The notes under the pieces: generated by a model
Told to the model about the DNA's origin: nothing
The model's input: only the letters and a program-made list of their open reading frames with translations
Databases searched by the model: none
In this document: one piece after another, positions 1 through 10,519 of the stretch
Layout of the letters: each line of letters begins with the position of its first letter
How positions within the stretch are numbered: the stretch's first letter is position 1
Translations under genes and position numbers: made by a program
NCBI GenBank assembly: GCA_031425315.1
Contig: JANPJC010000283.1
Location: 10,108-74,107 of the forward strand
Reading direction: 5' to 3'
From: Chitinophagales bacterium
GTDB lineage: Bacteria > Bacteroidota > Bacteroidia > Chitinophagales > Chitinophagaceae
DNA: 64,000 nucleotides

Positions 1-124
1 AGGCTTTTATGTATTGATAATTTGCCTTGAATTGCTTTAGTTAGTCACTGTTTCAGCGAGGATAAATAAAAAGTCAAAAGAAGGCAGATTTTTAAGAACT
101 GAACAGGGAAATAAAAAAATGGTG

Positions 125-410
125 CCAGAAAACAGCAGTTGCGGATTGCGGGTTGCGGGTTGAAACAGCCAATACAGAGTTAGCGCCCTCATTGGTTTTT
201 TGAGATAAAGTTGACATCCGTTTAATCACGAATTAGTGTCAATTAACTTCCGCTCCAAATCAGCGTTATTGTTGTATTCACCAACATCAATTCAGGATTG
301 AAAAAATTTTGTACCTCCGTGGATCTCCTGTATTATTCTCCGTAAATCTCCGCGTCCTGCGGTTAAACCAGCTACGGCTGTTCCAACCTGCAACCCACAA
401 CCAGCATGTT
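125..410. repeat. complete small copy of the composite repeat element with inverted termini
   Basis: Plus head GCAGTTGCGGATTGCGGGTTGCGGGTTGAAACAGCCAATACAG (131-177). Internal CTCCGTGGATCTCCTGTATTATTCTCCGTAAATCTCCG. Minus head CGGCTGTTCCAACCTGCAACCCACAACCAGC (~370-405), which is the revcomp of GGTTGTG GGTTGCA GGTTGGAACAGCCG. Confidence 0.7.
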
Positions 411-611
411 TTTCTTAAAAATATTTTTACGACAGCTTTTGTATGGTGAAGGATATTCTATTATGTCGGCGGAACAATTTTTGAACTCGTAAACGTGTGC
501 TTTACCGGGTGATAAGCTCAATTGTTAATAATTATAAAAATTAAAGGAATTTAATAATAGCTGTTCAACATTGAACCCGCAATGCTGTTGAATGGATCAA
601 ACAGACATTAT

Positions 612-1319
612 ATGAAAACAATGGCCTTTCTGCTGCTTTTTAGTATTTCAGTTGCCGCTACTGCGCAACAGGCAAATAATTCCCGCACTGTATATTCAAT
701 CATTGGATTTGGAGCAGGCTTACAAAAATGGGATGGTTTAAATTCGCGTATTGCACAGTTCCCGCAATATGAACAGGTTAAAGATTACACTGCTTTACTC
801 CATCTGGGCTGGTTAAAAGAAAACAGGCGTTTTATTTCAGGTTCCAATATTATGCTGGGTAGCACAATGACCGGTGACAGGGATGAGAAAAGCAGCACCA
901 TGCGATTCTTCGGTATCGGCGCAGACTTTGGATATGATGTACTAAAAAGTGATAAGCTGATGCTTTATCCGCTTGTTGGTCTTGGTGGCGAATTTTATCA
1001 GGCCAGGTTTTATAAAGATAATTCCAATGTTGATTTTGATGATGTTCTCCAGTCTCCCACGGTTCAGAATAGTGTGAGGGCGCTGGGGCTTAAAAATTCA
1101 TTTTTTACTTACAAACTGGGTGTAGGCTTTAATGTGAAATCACCGGGCAATAAAGGGGCGATAGGACTACAGGCTTCGTACAATGGAAGCTTCCAGGATA
1201 AAGCATGGAGAAGCAATGATGGGCAAATGTTGGGCAGTGCTCCGAAAGATAGGCTGGGAAGGTTTCAATTGTCGATAATTTTCAGTGGAATAGCTGATGG
1301 AATGAAACACTCAAAATAA
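612..1319 (+). CDS. hypothetical secreted/outer-membrane beta-barrel-like protein (start moved to MKTMAFLL)
   Basis: Signal peptide MKTMAFLLLFSISVAATAQQ. Gly/aromatic-rich, beta-strand-like composition. No specific family recognised. Confidence 0.45.
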   Translation: MKTMAFLLLFSISVAATAQQANNSRTVYSIIGFGAGLQKWDGLNSRIAQFPQYEQVKDYTALLHLGWLKENRRFISGSNIMLGSTMTGDRDEKSSTMRFFGIGADFGYDVLKSDKLMLYPLVGLGGEFYQARFYKDNSNVDFDDVLQSPTVQNSVRALGLKNSFFTYKLGVGFNVKSPGNKGAIGLQASYNGSFQDKAWRSNDGQMLGSAPKDRLGRFQLSIIFSGIADGMKHSK

Positions 1320-1830
1320 AGGGAGAAGGGCGAAGTGAGAAGTAGTGAGCAGTAAGCAGTGAGCAGTGAGCAGCTAAATACATTTGGAGGTGCGATCACA
1401 AAAATAAAATTTAATAATCACAAGTGGGGCTGCCCGGTTACATTAACCGGGCAGTTTTATTATATGATATTTCTATTTTTAGCACATGAAAAAGTCTTTA
1501 GATAGAAGTCATAAATTAGGCTGTTCATCTCCGTTAAACTCAAAACCTCTGCTAAACTCCGTGGCCTATTGGAAGTCTTTAGTCGCGAGTCATAAGTCAT
1601 AAGTACTCACGGCATTCAATTTGAAAACCGTTTTTGCCCACGGAGTTGAGCGGAGAAGTTGAGTTGAGCCGAGATATCAAACACTTTTGATATTGCTGAC
1701 TGGATATAATTCGATAGTTCGGCTGTTCATCTCCGTTAAACTCAAACCTCTGCTAAACTCCGTGGCCTATTGAAAGTCATTAGTCGCGAGTCAGAAGTCA
1801 CTAGTACAACCCAAAAAACGATTGAATCCA
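1320..1830. repeat. composite repeat locus: heptamer head directly after the stop codon + two ~205-bp direct copies of a CTCCGTTAAACTC...CCGTGGCC hairpin unit
   Basis: AGGGAGA AGGGCGA AGTGAGA AGTAGTG AGCAGTA AGCAGTG AGCAGTG AGCAGC at 1320-1373. Units at ~1512-1620 and ~1717-1805 share GGCTGTTCATCTCCGTTAAACTCAAA(A)CCTCTGCTAAACTCCGTGGCCTATTG(G/A)AAGTC(T/A)TTAGTCGCGAGTCA. Confidence 0.8.
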
Positions 1831-1844
1831 ATTTCAAGGCAGTG

Positions 1845-2762
1845 CTATTTACCACTGACATTCATTTCTAATGTATACACCGACTCCACTGCTGTTATGA
1901 ACAATGTTTTTCCATCTTTTCCACCAAATATCAAATTTGCAGTCCATCCTGAAGGAACAGGTATATGCGCAATTTTCTCAGCATTCTTATCATACACTGT
2001 AATTCCTCTGCCAGTCAGGTATATATTGCCGTTATTATCATTCGTCATACCATCAGAACCCTGCAATACAAAAACTTTCCTGTTAGCGAGTGATCCGTCT
2101 TTTGCAATATCATACACATATGTTTTGTTATCCCCGATGTCGGCAACGTATAAAAGTTTGCCATCTTTTGATCCGGTGATACCGTTTGGTTGCACCAGCA
2201 TACTGTCAACAATAACAGCTTCTTTTTTCCCTTTTGCCAGATAATATACATTCTGTTTTTCCAGGTCGGGCTTTTTTCTTTGCCACCAGTCCCGCTGATA
2301 ATAAGGATCTGTAAAATAAACGCCATCCTTGCTATCTACCCACAAATCATTGGGACCATTAAATTGTTTTCCTTTATAATTAGCTGTTAAGACCTTCACT
2401 TTTTTATCCGTTGAAATTTGGATGATTTCCCCTTTTTCATCTGCGCAGGAAATGATATTCCCTTTTTTATCAAGGAATAAACCATTTGACCGACTGGTTT
2501 TTTCCATAAATAAGGTCAGTGTACCATCTGTTGAATATTTCCATATCTGATCATTCGGCTGGTCGGTAAAATATACATTGCCATCTTTATCCACTGCCGG
2601 ACCTTCTGTAAATTTGAATTGAGATGAGATCTTTTTCAATTCTGCCCCAGGCGCAATAATTTTCATGATATCTTCTGCAACTGGTTTGGCCTGAGCCAAT
2701 ATATCGATCGAACGAATAAAGAAAAACATTACAAATAAGAGAGAGCCAATTTTCATTTTCAT
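1845..2762 (-). CDS. SMP-30/gluconolactonase/LRE family protein
   Basis: Signal peptide, FTEGP motif and repeated propeller-like blades, typical of six-bladed SMP-30/gluconolactonase proteins. Confidence 0.8.
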   Translation of the reverse strand: MKMKIGSLLFVMFFFIRSIDILAQAKPVAEDIMKIIAPGAELKKISSQFKFTEGPAVDKDGNVYFTDQPNDQIWKYSTDGTLTLFMEKTSRSNGLFLDKKGNIISCADEKGEIIQISTDKKVKVLTANYKGKQFNGPNDLWVDSKDGVYFTDPYYQRDWWQRKKPDLEKQNVYYLAKGKKEAVIVDSMLVQPNGITGSKDGKLLYVADIGDNKTYVYDIAKDGSLANRKVFVLQGSDGMTNDNNGNIYLTGRGITVYDKNAEKIAHIPVPSGWTANLIFGGKDGKTLFITAVESVYTLEMNVSGK

Positions 2763-2825
2763 GCAAGCTTATTTGATCTCAAATTACTTAATAATCCTAT
2801 ACATCTGGCCGTTGAACTGCAGTGA

Positions 2826-3340
2826 TCAAACGTGATACTGTTTTCCCGAACCTTTCCGTCCTTTCCGACTTCCCGGCTATGTATTAGGTTAGGTGAATGA
2901 CATCAAGGGCTTTTTTTGCCGGTGAGGCGGGGAGAACGGAAACGAATACACGGGAATAGTTGCATACAAAATTCCATCTTAATCATGTTTGAAATTTTCC
3001 CGAAACTTGCCGTTCTTTCCGTCTTCCCGGCTATGTGTTGTGAAATTGATACTGGATGATATTCAACCGCAGTAGAAGGTAAGCCGGAAAACGCGGGAAT
3101 GATGAACCGGAAATAGATAATTGCATTTATTTCCCGAACCTTGCCGTCCTTTTCGTTTTCCCGGCTATGTATAGTGAAATTGATACTGGATGATATTCAA
3201 CTGCTGTAGCCGGGAGCCGGAAAATGCGGGAATGAAGAAATGAAATTCGTTTATTGCTTGTATTTTTTCCCGAACCTTGCCGTCCTTTTCGTCTTCCCGG
3301 CTATGTATAGTGAAATTGATACTGGATGATGCATTTGAAA
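2826..3340. repeat. tandem array of about four ~133-bp units (TTCCCGAACCTTGCCGTCC...CTTCCCGGCTATGTATAGTGAAATTGATACTGGATGAT...)
   Basis: Direct repeats with CCCGGCTATGT at ~2868, 3027, 3160 and 3293. Each unit has an internal imperfect inverted repeat (TTCCCG...CCCGGCTA versus TAGCCGGGAGCCGGAAAA(T/C)GCGGGAA). Confidence 0.85.
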
Positions 3341-3389
3341 TAGAACAAAGTTCTAACCTGTGAGTAATTCCTTCTGAACCTCACAGTTC

Positions 3390-4754
3390 TTACTTTTTCA
3401 AATGAATATCTAATAGTTTCAATCGATATACAAATTCCGCCCGTAGAAAATGTTTTGGACCATCCTGCAATGCAAGTGGAGTAATGGGAATGCATAACCG
3501 AAATCCCGACTGCCATTTTGGAGTTTTATAAATAATCTCGGGAACAAGTGACACCTGCATACGGGAAAAATAACTCCATTCGTCAGTGAGTGTATAAATA
3601 TGGCTTTGATTTGTCGTCGTGCCGATTGTTCCACCCATCGGAATTTTCTGAACTTCTGCATTTGACGCCGCAACTGCCCGAAACCAATAATGCATTTGAA
3701 CACCGGCACCTATCCACCAGTTGGATATTATTTTATATTGATAACCAACCCCTGCCGACAGGCCAAAAGTTTTAACCAAACTCCGCTCATCTTTTGTTTG
3801 CACCAACGTATCCTGATTATTTTGAAAAGTCGTCACTGTCCTGAAAACAGTTGATGGCGGTAATGAACTTACAAATGGATTTATCTCCAGCGTCATCAAA
3901 TGCTTTTCTTTCTCAGCATGAATCCATGCTCCAGGCAGCAGCACACGATATGGTTGCGATAAACCATTGGGACCAATGAAATAATTTGATGCATTGTAAA
4001 GTGGTACTGGAAGCGTCCAGAGCAGTCCGGTACTGATTGTCCATTTTTCTTCCGGCAATTCGATATGAGGAGGCGCGTCTCCCACAACAGAAGCCTTAGG
4101 CTCATTTGTATCCATTTCTAATACAGCATCCAGGTTGCCACTAGTAACTGTAACGGGTACCTGCATATTTAAGTTCCCTTCAGTATCAGAATTCATTCCA
4201 GTATCTATTATTGACTTATACTCAAACTGATTAATAATGCCGTCACCAATTGCTGACGGGATATTTTTTTCACGATCATTATTTTTTTGAACTGTTACGG
4301 TATTTGATTTCAATTGCAGATTTGCAAACTGTTTGTTTTCACTCTTTTCCGTCAAGCTATCGGTATGCATCTGTTTTTTATTCGAATTAATTGTTAAATC
4401 ATTTTTATTGATAGCTGATGAATTTGACGTTGATCGATCGCCAGCAGTTGCTGGTTGTCGTAAGTTTTTAAGCGTCTGATCTGATGAAGAAGATACGAAT
4501 GGAGGCTTCGACACATCTTTATTACCGAAAGGACTATATATAAAAAATGAAACAGATATCAATAACAATAGCAATACAGCACCTGATAAATATTTAACTA
4601 CCCGGGCATACCCAGGTTTAAGCAATGGCAGTAAAGGCGTTGCTTTGGGCTTATCCTCATCAAGCATTCTCCGCATTTCTTCCCATGCCTGATCAACCGG
4701 CGGAGCAGAAAGCGGTAATTGATGTTCATCTATTAATTTCCTGATCGCGTCCAC
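3390..4754 (-). CDS. putative anti-sigma factor / membrane protein co-transcribed with the ECF sigma factor
   Basis: Sits 12 bp downstream of the ECF sigma gene on the same strand. Has an N-terminal cytoplasmic region, one TM helix (LSGAVLLLLLISVSFFIY) and a long periplasmic C-terminal region. Confidence 0.45.
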   Translation of the reverse strand: MDAIRKLIDEHQLPLSAPPVDQAWEEMRRMLDEDKPKATPLLPLLKPGYARVVKYLSGAVLLLLLISVSFFIYSPFGNKDVSKPPFVSSSSDQTLKNLRQPATAGDRSTSNSSAINKNDLTINSNKKQMHTDSLTEKSENKQFANLQLKSNTVTVQKNNDREKNIPSAIGDGIINQFEYKSIIDTGMNSDTEGNLNMQVPVTVTSGNLDAVLEMDTNEPKASVVGDAPPHIELPEEKWTISTGLLWTLPVPLYNASNYFIGPNGLSQPYRVLLPGAWIHAEKEKHLMTLEINPFVSSLPPSTVFRTVTTFQNNQDTLVQTKDERSLVKTFGLSAGVGYQYKIISNWWIGAGVQMHYWFRAVAASNAEVQKIPMGGTIGTTTNQSHIYTLTDEWSYFSRMQVSLVPEIIYKTPKWQSGFRLCIPITPLALQDGPKHFLRAEFVYRLKLLDIHLKK

Positions 4755-4765
4755 ATTAATACATT

Positions 4766-5299
4766 TTATTCATGATAGTAATTTTCAAAGGCGGGTTTTA
4801 GTTTTTTCCTGATTTCACTGAGGTGCCATTTAACAGTACCCGGGCTGATCTCCAAAGCCTTCGCAATTTCTTTTATCGCAAAACCTTCAATATAAAACAG
4901 GCTACAGATAACCCTGGTCGCAGGCGTAAGCAAATCCAATAACCTGTATATTTCTATCCGTTCCATCTTATGCAATGCATTTTCGAATACAGGAACATCC
5001 GAGTCATCATTCAGCGCATAAAATATTGGTTTCTTATCCGATCGTAACTTATCCAATGCCACATGCCTGACCAAAGTATATATCCAATTAAAAAAATTCC
5101 CTTTATCAGGATCATATTTATCAATATTTCTAAATACTTTCAACATACCGTCATTTAAAACCTGCAGGGCTTCATGTTCATCTGCAAAAAAACCCCGGCA
5201 TAACAATATCAGTGCAGGATACACTATCCTGTACAACCTTTCCTGACCCTGCCGGTCGTTAGCGATGCATAGTTGTATAATTTCCCTTTGGTTTTCCAA
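4766..5299 (-). CDS. RNA polymerase ECF-type sigma-70 factor
   Basis: 177 aa with sigma-70 region 2 and region 4 features (FFNWIYTLVRHVALD, C-terminal HTH EIAKALEISPGTVKWHLSEIRKKL). Confidence 0.85.
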   Translation of the reverse strand: MENQREIIQLCIANDRQGQERLYRIVYPALILLCRGFFADEHEALQVLNDGMLKVFRNIDKYDPDKGNFFNWIYTLVRHVALDKLRSDKKPIFYALNDDSDVPVFENALHKMERIEIYRLLDLLTPATRVICSLFYIEGFAIKEIAKALEISPGTVKWHLSEIRKKLKPAFENYYHE

Positions 5300-5362
5300 T
5301 TGTCTTTGCAGATGTAACCCTTTTTAATTTGTTGCGATATTAATTCAACCCAATAACTGTTT

Positions 5363-6211
5363 TCAGTAATAAAAGTAAACAGTTTCAGTTTCTCCATTAG
5401 TTATTGACCTCACTGGCTTTTTATTGTCGTCATAAGTATAGCTATAATTTACTGTATCCTGAATGACTGAAGGGTCAGTGTAAAAATTAAATTGCCTTAT
5501 ATTGGAATTCGGAGAACTCAGCGACCAGGTTTCGGGAAACAATGCATCATCAACGGGATACCTCGGATTTATTTTATCGTCATATTCAAATCTGAACCTG
5601 ATTGGTGAATTGAAAATTCCATCCAGATCATCATCCTGATAGAATATTTTTTCAATCAGATTTCCTTTTGCATCAAATACATGATCATGATATCCAACTT
5701 GTCGTTTAGGATCAACCGCTGAAGGGGTACGCATAAAAAAGTTTAATCTTTTAATATGGCCATCCGTGTCATATTCGAATGTTGTTGTAAATCGATCTAA
5801 GTTATCGCTAACCGATTTCACTGAGCTACTCCGCGAATCATAGTCAACCAGTAAATAGACGCTATCTGTCAACTCCCCGATACGGATCAACCTTCCCAGC
5901 ACATCACGAAAATATTTCCTGGTTTGCTGCTCCTCGCTGATACTGCCATCTGCATTTTTTCTTTTTCCAATATATGAAAGTTGGCTCAACCTGCCTGATG
6001 AATCATACATATATTCAGCAATTGTGCTTTCAAAATTATCAGCAATGTTTTTCACCACCTGCTTTTTTAACAGGCCCTTACTGGTGCTGTCGGTGTTCAA
6101 CGCGGTTCGCTCATTAGGCACCACATATCCTTTCTGACAGGACGTACAAATCAAAGCAACAAGTATGAACGTGATATTAAAGTAGTTTTTTTGCATAACT
6201 AATGTATTCAT
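5363..6211 (-). CDS. lipoprotein with YD-like repeat motifs
   Basis: Lipobox LICTSC. Repeated YxYDxxG motifs (YMYDSSGRL, FEYDTDGHI, FRFEYDDKI, YSYTYDDNK). Directly upstream of the sigma/anti-sigma pair on the same strand. Confidence 0.4.
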   Translation of the reverse strand: MNTLVMQKNYFNITFILVALICTSCQKGYVVPNERTALNTDSTSKGLLKKQVVKNIADNFESTIAEYMYDSSGRLSQLSYIGKRKNADGSISEEQQTRKYFRDVLGRLIRIGELTDSVYLLVDYDSRSSSVKSVSDNLDRFTTTFEYDTDGHIKRLNFFMRTPSAVDPKRQVGYHDHVFDAKGNLIEKIFYQDDDLDGIFNSPIRFRFEYDDKINPRYPVDDALFPETWSLSSPNSNIRQFNFYTDPSVIQDTVNYSYTYDDNKKPVRSITNGETETVYFYY

Positions 6212-6387
6212 TAGTATGAACGGGTAAAGGATTTAAAAAGGTTGGGTGAAAGTCGAAAAAAAATCAGTGCTGATTTCCATTTGATGTACTAAATCGGTTG
6301 GTTTGCAACTAATAAATGATATTCGTAAAACAGATAACCTCACTGTAACGACTTTTAATCAGAATTGTATAAGTTCAATAACAATTT

Positions 6388-7842
6388 ATGAAAACTGCTA
6401 CCGAATACGACGCAATAGTCATTGGATCAGGGCCCAATGGCTTATCTGCGGCAATTGTTTTACAACAGCAGGGGCTTAATGTTTTATTGATTGAAGGCAG
6501 GGATACAATCGGCGGTGGATTGCGCACTGCAGAATTAACCCTTCCTGGTTTTAAACATGATATATGTTCAGCGATTCATCCGATGGCCCTGGCTTCTCCT
6601 TTTTTCGATAGTCTGAAATTAGAGGAGCATGGCCTTCAATACATTCATCCTGAGTTTGCATTGGCCCATCCTTTTACAGATGGTAGCGCTGCTGTGCTGA
6701 AGCAATCGATTACGGAAACTGCCAAACTGTTGGGAGAAGATGGCAAAACATATTTAAAACTACTTTCACCGCTAGTTAAACACTGGCCGTTGCTGATCCA
6801 TGATATGTTGGCACCGTTAAGATTCCCCTCCCACCCTTTTTTGTATGCTGGATTTGGTCTGAAAGCGTTACCATCTGCTTCATCCACAGTGAAAAAATTT
6901 GAAACATTACATGCCCGCGGATTATGGGCGGGTATCGCAGCGCATGCAATTCAGCCATTGACCAACATAACTACTTCGGCGATTGGGTTGGTTTTATCAG
7001 CAGCCGCACATGTAAAAGGCTGGCCATTACCAAAAGGTGGTTCACAGTCTATTGCAAATGCTTTGCATAGCGTATTTACACAAGCAGGTGGCAAAACGCA
7101 AACAGGCTGGTTTGTCAAATCGCTGAGCGAATTGCCATCTTCAAAAACAATTTTATTTGATGTCACACCAAAACAATTATTATCAGTAGCGGGACATAAA
7201 TTTTCAGCATTGTATAAACGACAATTGTCCAACTACCGATATGGGATGGGTGTTTTTAAAATTGACTGGGCGCTCGATGAACCCGCGCCTTTTACTGCTG
7301 TGCAATGTCGCTCCGCAGGTACGGTTCACCTGGGCAATAGTTTCGAAGAGATAGCAGCAGGCGAACTGGCGACTTCAAAGGGGAAAAATGTACCAAATCC
7401 ATTCACATTATTTACTCAACCGAGTATTTTCGATACCACCCGTGCACCCCAAGGGAAACATACAGCCTGGGCATATTGTCATGTTCCGAATGGTTCCACA
7501 CAGGAACACACTGAAATAATTGAACAACAGGTCGAACGTTTTGCACCGGGATTCAGGGAAAAAATTATTGGCCGACACACATTTAATACTGCACAACTCG
7601 AAGAATACAATCCAAATTATATCGGTGGCGATATTAATGGTGGTGTGATGGATATCGGTCAATTATTTACCCGGCCGGCATTGCGTTTCTCTCCATATAA
7701 AACATCAGCTAAAGGACTTTATATATGTTCCTCTTCAACTCCCCCGGGAGGAGGAGTACATGGTATGTGTGGTGTACATGCCGCCAAAAAAGTTTTAAAT
7801 GATATTTTCCATATCCATCCAAATTCACTGAAGAAATTCTAA
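6388..7842 (+). CDS. NAD(P)/FAD-dependent oxidoreductase, phytoene desaturase (CrtI)-like family
   Basis: N-terminal Rossmann motif YDAIVIGSGPNGLSAA. Length and overall composition match CrtI-like amine oxidase-fold proteins. Confidence 0.75.
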   Translation: MKTATEYDAIVIGSGPNGLSAAIVLQQQGLNVLLIEGRDTIGGGLRTAELTLPGFKHDICSAIHPMALASPFFDSLKLEEHGLQYIHPEFALAHPFTDGSAAVLKQSITETAKLLGEDGKTYLKLLSPLVKHWPLLIHDMLAPLRFPSHPFLYAGFGLKALPSASSTVKKFETLHARGLWAGIAAHAIQPLTNITTSAIGLVLSAAAHVKGWPLPKGGSQSIANALHSVFTQAGGKTQTGWFVKSLSELPSSKTILFDVTPKQLLSVAGHKFSALYKRQLSNYRYGMGVFKIDWALDEPAPFTAVQCRSAGTVHLGNSFEEIAAGELATSKGKNVPNPFTLFTQPSIFDTTRAPQGKHTAWAYCHVPNGSTQEHTEIIEQQVERFAPGFREKIIGRHTFNTAQLEEYNPNYIGGDINGGVMDIGQLFTRPALRFSPYKTSAKGLYICSSSTPPGGGVHGMCGVHAAKKVLNDIFHIHPNSLKKF

Positions 7843-7848
7843 CCAGCC

Positions 7849-8100
7849 ATGAAATCACAAATAACAACAATAGAGCTGGAAGTTACGGACGAAAGCCAAT
7901 TGCAAACACTTGATGAGGGACTGAAAGATCCTGCCATTAAGCATATACCCTTTACCGAAAAAGATGCCGGTAGACTAAAAAGAATTTATACACTGGTCGG
8001 CCAGATCAGGGTGCAGCAGTTATCAGATCTGTTGGTCAAATTATTAGCCGGCACGGGCAAAACATATACATTCAGTATCAATACAAATTCAACAGTTTAA
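7849..8100 (+). CDS. small hypothetical protein (83 aa)
   Basis: ORF only. Starts 7 bp after the oxidoreductase stop. No family recognised. Confidence 0.3.
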   Translation: MKSQITTIELEVTDESQLQTLDEGLKDPAIKHIPFTEKDAGRLKRIYTLVGQIRVQQLSDLLVKLLAGTGKTYTFSINTNSTV

Positions 8101-8129
8101 TTTATTTTACATTCCTACAATTACCAAAA

Positions 8130-9476
8130 ATGGCGACTGAAAATCCGTCCACCGCTGCCGTATCCGCAGTTGAAAAAAAGAAATCCTTCCTGTCGTCATT
8201 AACCGAGGACGGATGGGCAGTGACTATTGGATCTATATTGATTTTAGCTGTTCTGCTGATCACCACAACTGTTGAAGGATTTAAATTTACAGCGCCGGTT
8301 TATCAGTGGGCAGACAGTACAATACTGTTCAGCAAAGTACTCACCGCATCTAACCTTATTCTGATACTAGGCATCGGAGTTATTTTTGGCTTACTCTCCG
8401 CGTTTGCAATTTATATATCCGGAGGAAGCATAAAAAAATATATCCGTGGATTTTTGCTGATATTTTTACTGGGTATTATATCACTAATTATTGCAGGAAA
8501 TAAAACTATCAATTATTACGGTGTCGAATATGTTGTATTTGCATTAATCATTGGACTTGTACTCAGCAATACGACAAAACTTCCTGACTGGGTAAGAGAA
8601 GCAGCACGATCAGAATTCTTTATCAAAACCGGATTGGTAATATTGGGTAGCAGCGTATTAATCACTGATATCGTCAAGGCGGGTCTGCCAGGCTTACTTC
8701 AATCGGTACTCGTTGTATTAGTCGTATGGTTTTTTTCAATGTGGCTCTCAAGAAAATTAAAAGTTGATGATGAATTTGGCGTGATCCTCGCTTCAGCAGT
8801 TTCAATTTGTGGTGTATCAGCTGCAATTGTTGCCAGTGGTGCAATTGGAGGGGATAAGAAAAAACTGTCTTATGTCACCACGCTTGTATTGCTGGTAGCC
8901 ATTCCAATGATGCTGATTCAACCCTGGATTATCAGACATTTTAATATTCCTGAGATAGTTGGCGGTGCGTGGCTTGGTGGAACATTGGATACTACAGCTT
9001 CAGTTACGGCCGCTACGCAATTGGTGGGTCCGGTAGCAACCAAAGCAGGTGTGATTATAAAATTTTCGCAAAACGTCTTGATAGGTGTTGCAGCATTTTT
9101 CATTGCCAGTTGGTGGGCACTTCGTAAAAAAGAGGACAACAAAGGCGAAAAATCTCCGGGATTAAATATTGTATGGGAAAGGTTCCCAAAATTTGTCTTA
9201 GGATTTATAGCTGTATCATTAATTTTTTCTTTTGTAGTTCCCGCCGAAACAACAAAAAACGTTTCTGGTTTTCTCAATAGCCTTCGTACAGTATGGTTTG
9301 CATTGGCATTTGTTGCAATAGGTCTGGAAGCCAAATTCACCGACCTGCTGAAAATACAAGGCGGAAGGCCCGCGTTGGTATTTGTTGGTGCACAGATTTT
9401 CAATATCATATGGACCTTATTGTGGGCCTATTTATTATTCGGCGGATATCTTCTTCCAGTACCAGACATTAAATAA
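8130..9476 (+). CDS. multi-pass integral membrane protein (possibly a YeiH/UPF0324-like transporter)
   Basis: 448 aa with about 10 hydrophobic helices. Family assignment is tentative. Confidence 0.4.
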   Translation: MATENPSTAAVSAVEKKKSFLSSLTEDGWAVTIGSILILAVLLITTTVEGFKFTAPVYQWADSTILFSKVLTASNLILILGIGVIFGLLSAFAIYISGGSIKKYIRGFLLIFLLGIISLIIAGNKTINYYGVEYVVFALIIGLVLSNTTKLPDWVREAARSEFFIKTGLVILGSSVLITDIVKAGLPGLLQSVLVVLVVWFFSMWLSRKLKVDDEFGVILASAVSICGVSAAIVASGAIGGDKKKLSYVTTLVLLVAIPMMLIQPWIIRHFNIPEIVGGAWLGGTLDTTASVTAATQLVGPVATKAGVIIKFSQNVLIGVAAFFIASWWALRKKEDNKGEKSPGLNIVWERFPKFVLGFIAVSLIFSFVVPAETTKNVSGFLNSLRTVWFALAFVAIGLEAKFTDLLKIQGGRPALVFVGAQIFNIIWTLLWAYLLFGGYLLPVPDIK

Positions 9477-9538
9477 AGCATATAAGATTTAGTGATGATT
9501 TGCAGGCATAGTTTTTCTGCTGAATTCTTATATTTAAT

Positions 9539-10519
9539 ATGATGAAGACAGAAATAATTAGGCTTACCCGTCGAGAATTCACATCACAGGTTTGCGCTCT
9601 TGCTGCAGGCTCATTGTTCCTGCCTGCTTACATGCAGGATAATGAAATCGCCTACGCTGACGTAAAGCCAGCAACATTGCCTCACAATCCAATTATGCTT
9701 AAAAGAAAAATTCCATCTACAGGAGAGCTTTTGCCCGTTGTTGGCATCGGCACCTGGTTGCAGTTTGACGTACAGGAAAATGCAACAGAAAAATCCGAGC
9801 TCATCAAAGTGTTAAATACCATGCAGGAAAAAGGTGGAACAATGATCGACTGTTCACCTATGTATGGCAATGCCGAAGCAGTAGTAGGAGAATTGAGTCA
9901 GCAGACCACTAAGCCGGATCAATTTTTTTATGCCACAAAAGTATGGACAACCGGCAAAGAAAAAGGGATTAGACAAATGCAGGATTCAATGCGTAAAATG
10001 AGAAGAAAAAAATTAGACCTGATGCAGGTGCATAATCTGCAGGATTGGAAAACGCATCTGGCCATTATCAATGAATTGAAAAAAGAAGGACTAATCCGTT
10101 ATTCAGGTATAACGCATTATACTGAATCAGCGCATGATGAACTCGAAAAAATAATCAAGTCAAACAAACCTGATTTTGCACAATTCAATTATTCCATTCG
10201 GGTATTGAATGCAGAAAAATCTTTATTGAAAGCATGTGCAGATAATGGAGTCGCAGTTATTATTAATGAGCCCTATGAAAAAGGAGAACTCTTTAGTTTA
10301 ACGAAAGGAAAACCGCTGCCGGCATGGGCTTCAGATTATTCAATTTCCAGTTGGGGTCAGTACTTTCTAAAATTTATATTATCGCATCCAGCAGTGAACT
10401 GTGTTATTCCGGGCACATCCAATCCAAAACATGTGGCAGATAATATGGGTGCCGGTTATGGTGAAATGCCGGATGAAAAAGGAAGAAAAAGGATGCTGGA
10501 ATTTCTTCACAAAATATGA
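9539..10519 (+). CDS. aldo/keto reductase with twin-arginine signal
   Basis: Tat-like N-terminus (LTRREFTSQVCALAAGSLF). AKR-like core (LPVVGIGTW, MIDCSPMYGNAEAVVGE). Confidence 0.8.
   Translation: MMKTEIIRLTRREFTSQVCALAAGSLFLPAYMQDNEIAYADVKPATLPHNPIMLKRKIPSTGELLPVVGIGTWLQFDVQENATEKSELIKVLNTMQEKGGTMIDCSPMYGNAEAVVGELSQQTTKPDQFFYATKVWTTGKEKGIRQMQDSMRKMRRKKLDLMQVHNLQDWKTHLAIINELKKEGLIRYSGITHYTESAHDELEKIIKSNKPDFAQFNYSIRVLNAEKSLLKACADNGVAVIINEPYEKGELFSLTKGKPLPAWASDYSISSWGQYFLKFILSHPAVNCVIPGTSNPKHVADNMGAGYGEMPDEKGRKRMLEFLHKI

Noticed and set aside
2826-3340. Regularly spaced direct repeats that superficially resemble a CRISPR array
   Set aside because: Units are about 133 bp, far longer than CRISPR repeats. 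Inter-repeat segments are themselves repeated rather than unique spacers. No cas genes are nearby.
8918-9409. 163-aa minus-strand ORF inside the membrane-protein gene
   Set aside because: Antisense to a hydrophobic multi-TM coding frame, with no independent support.
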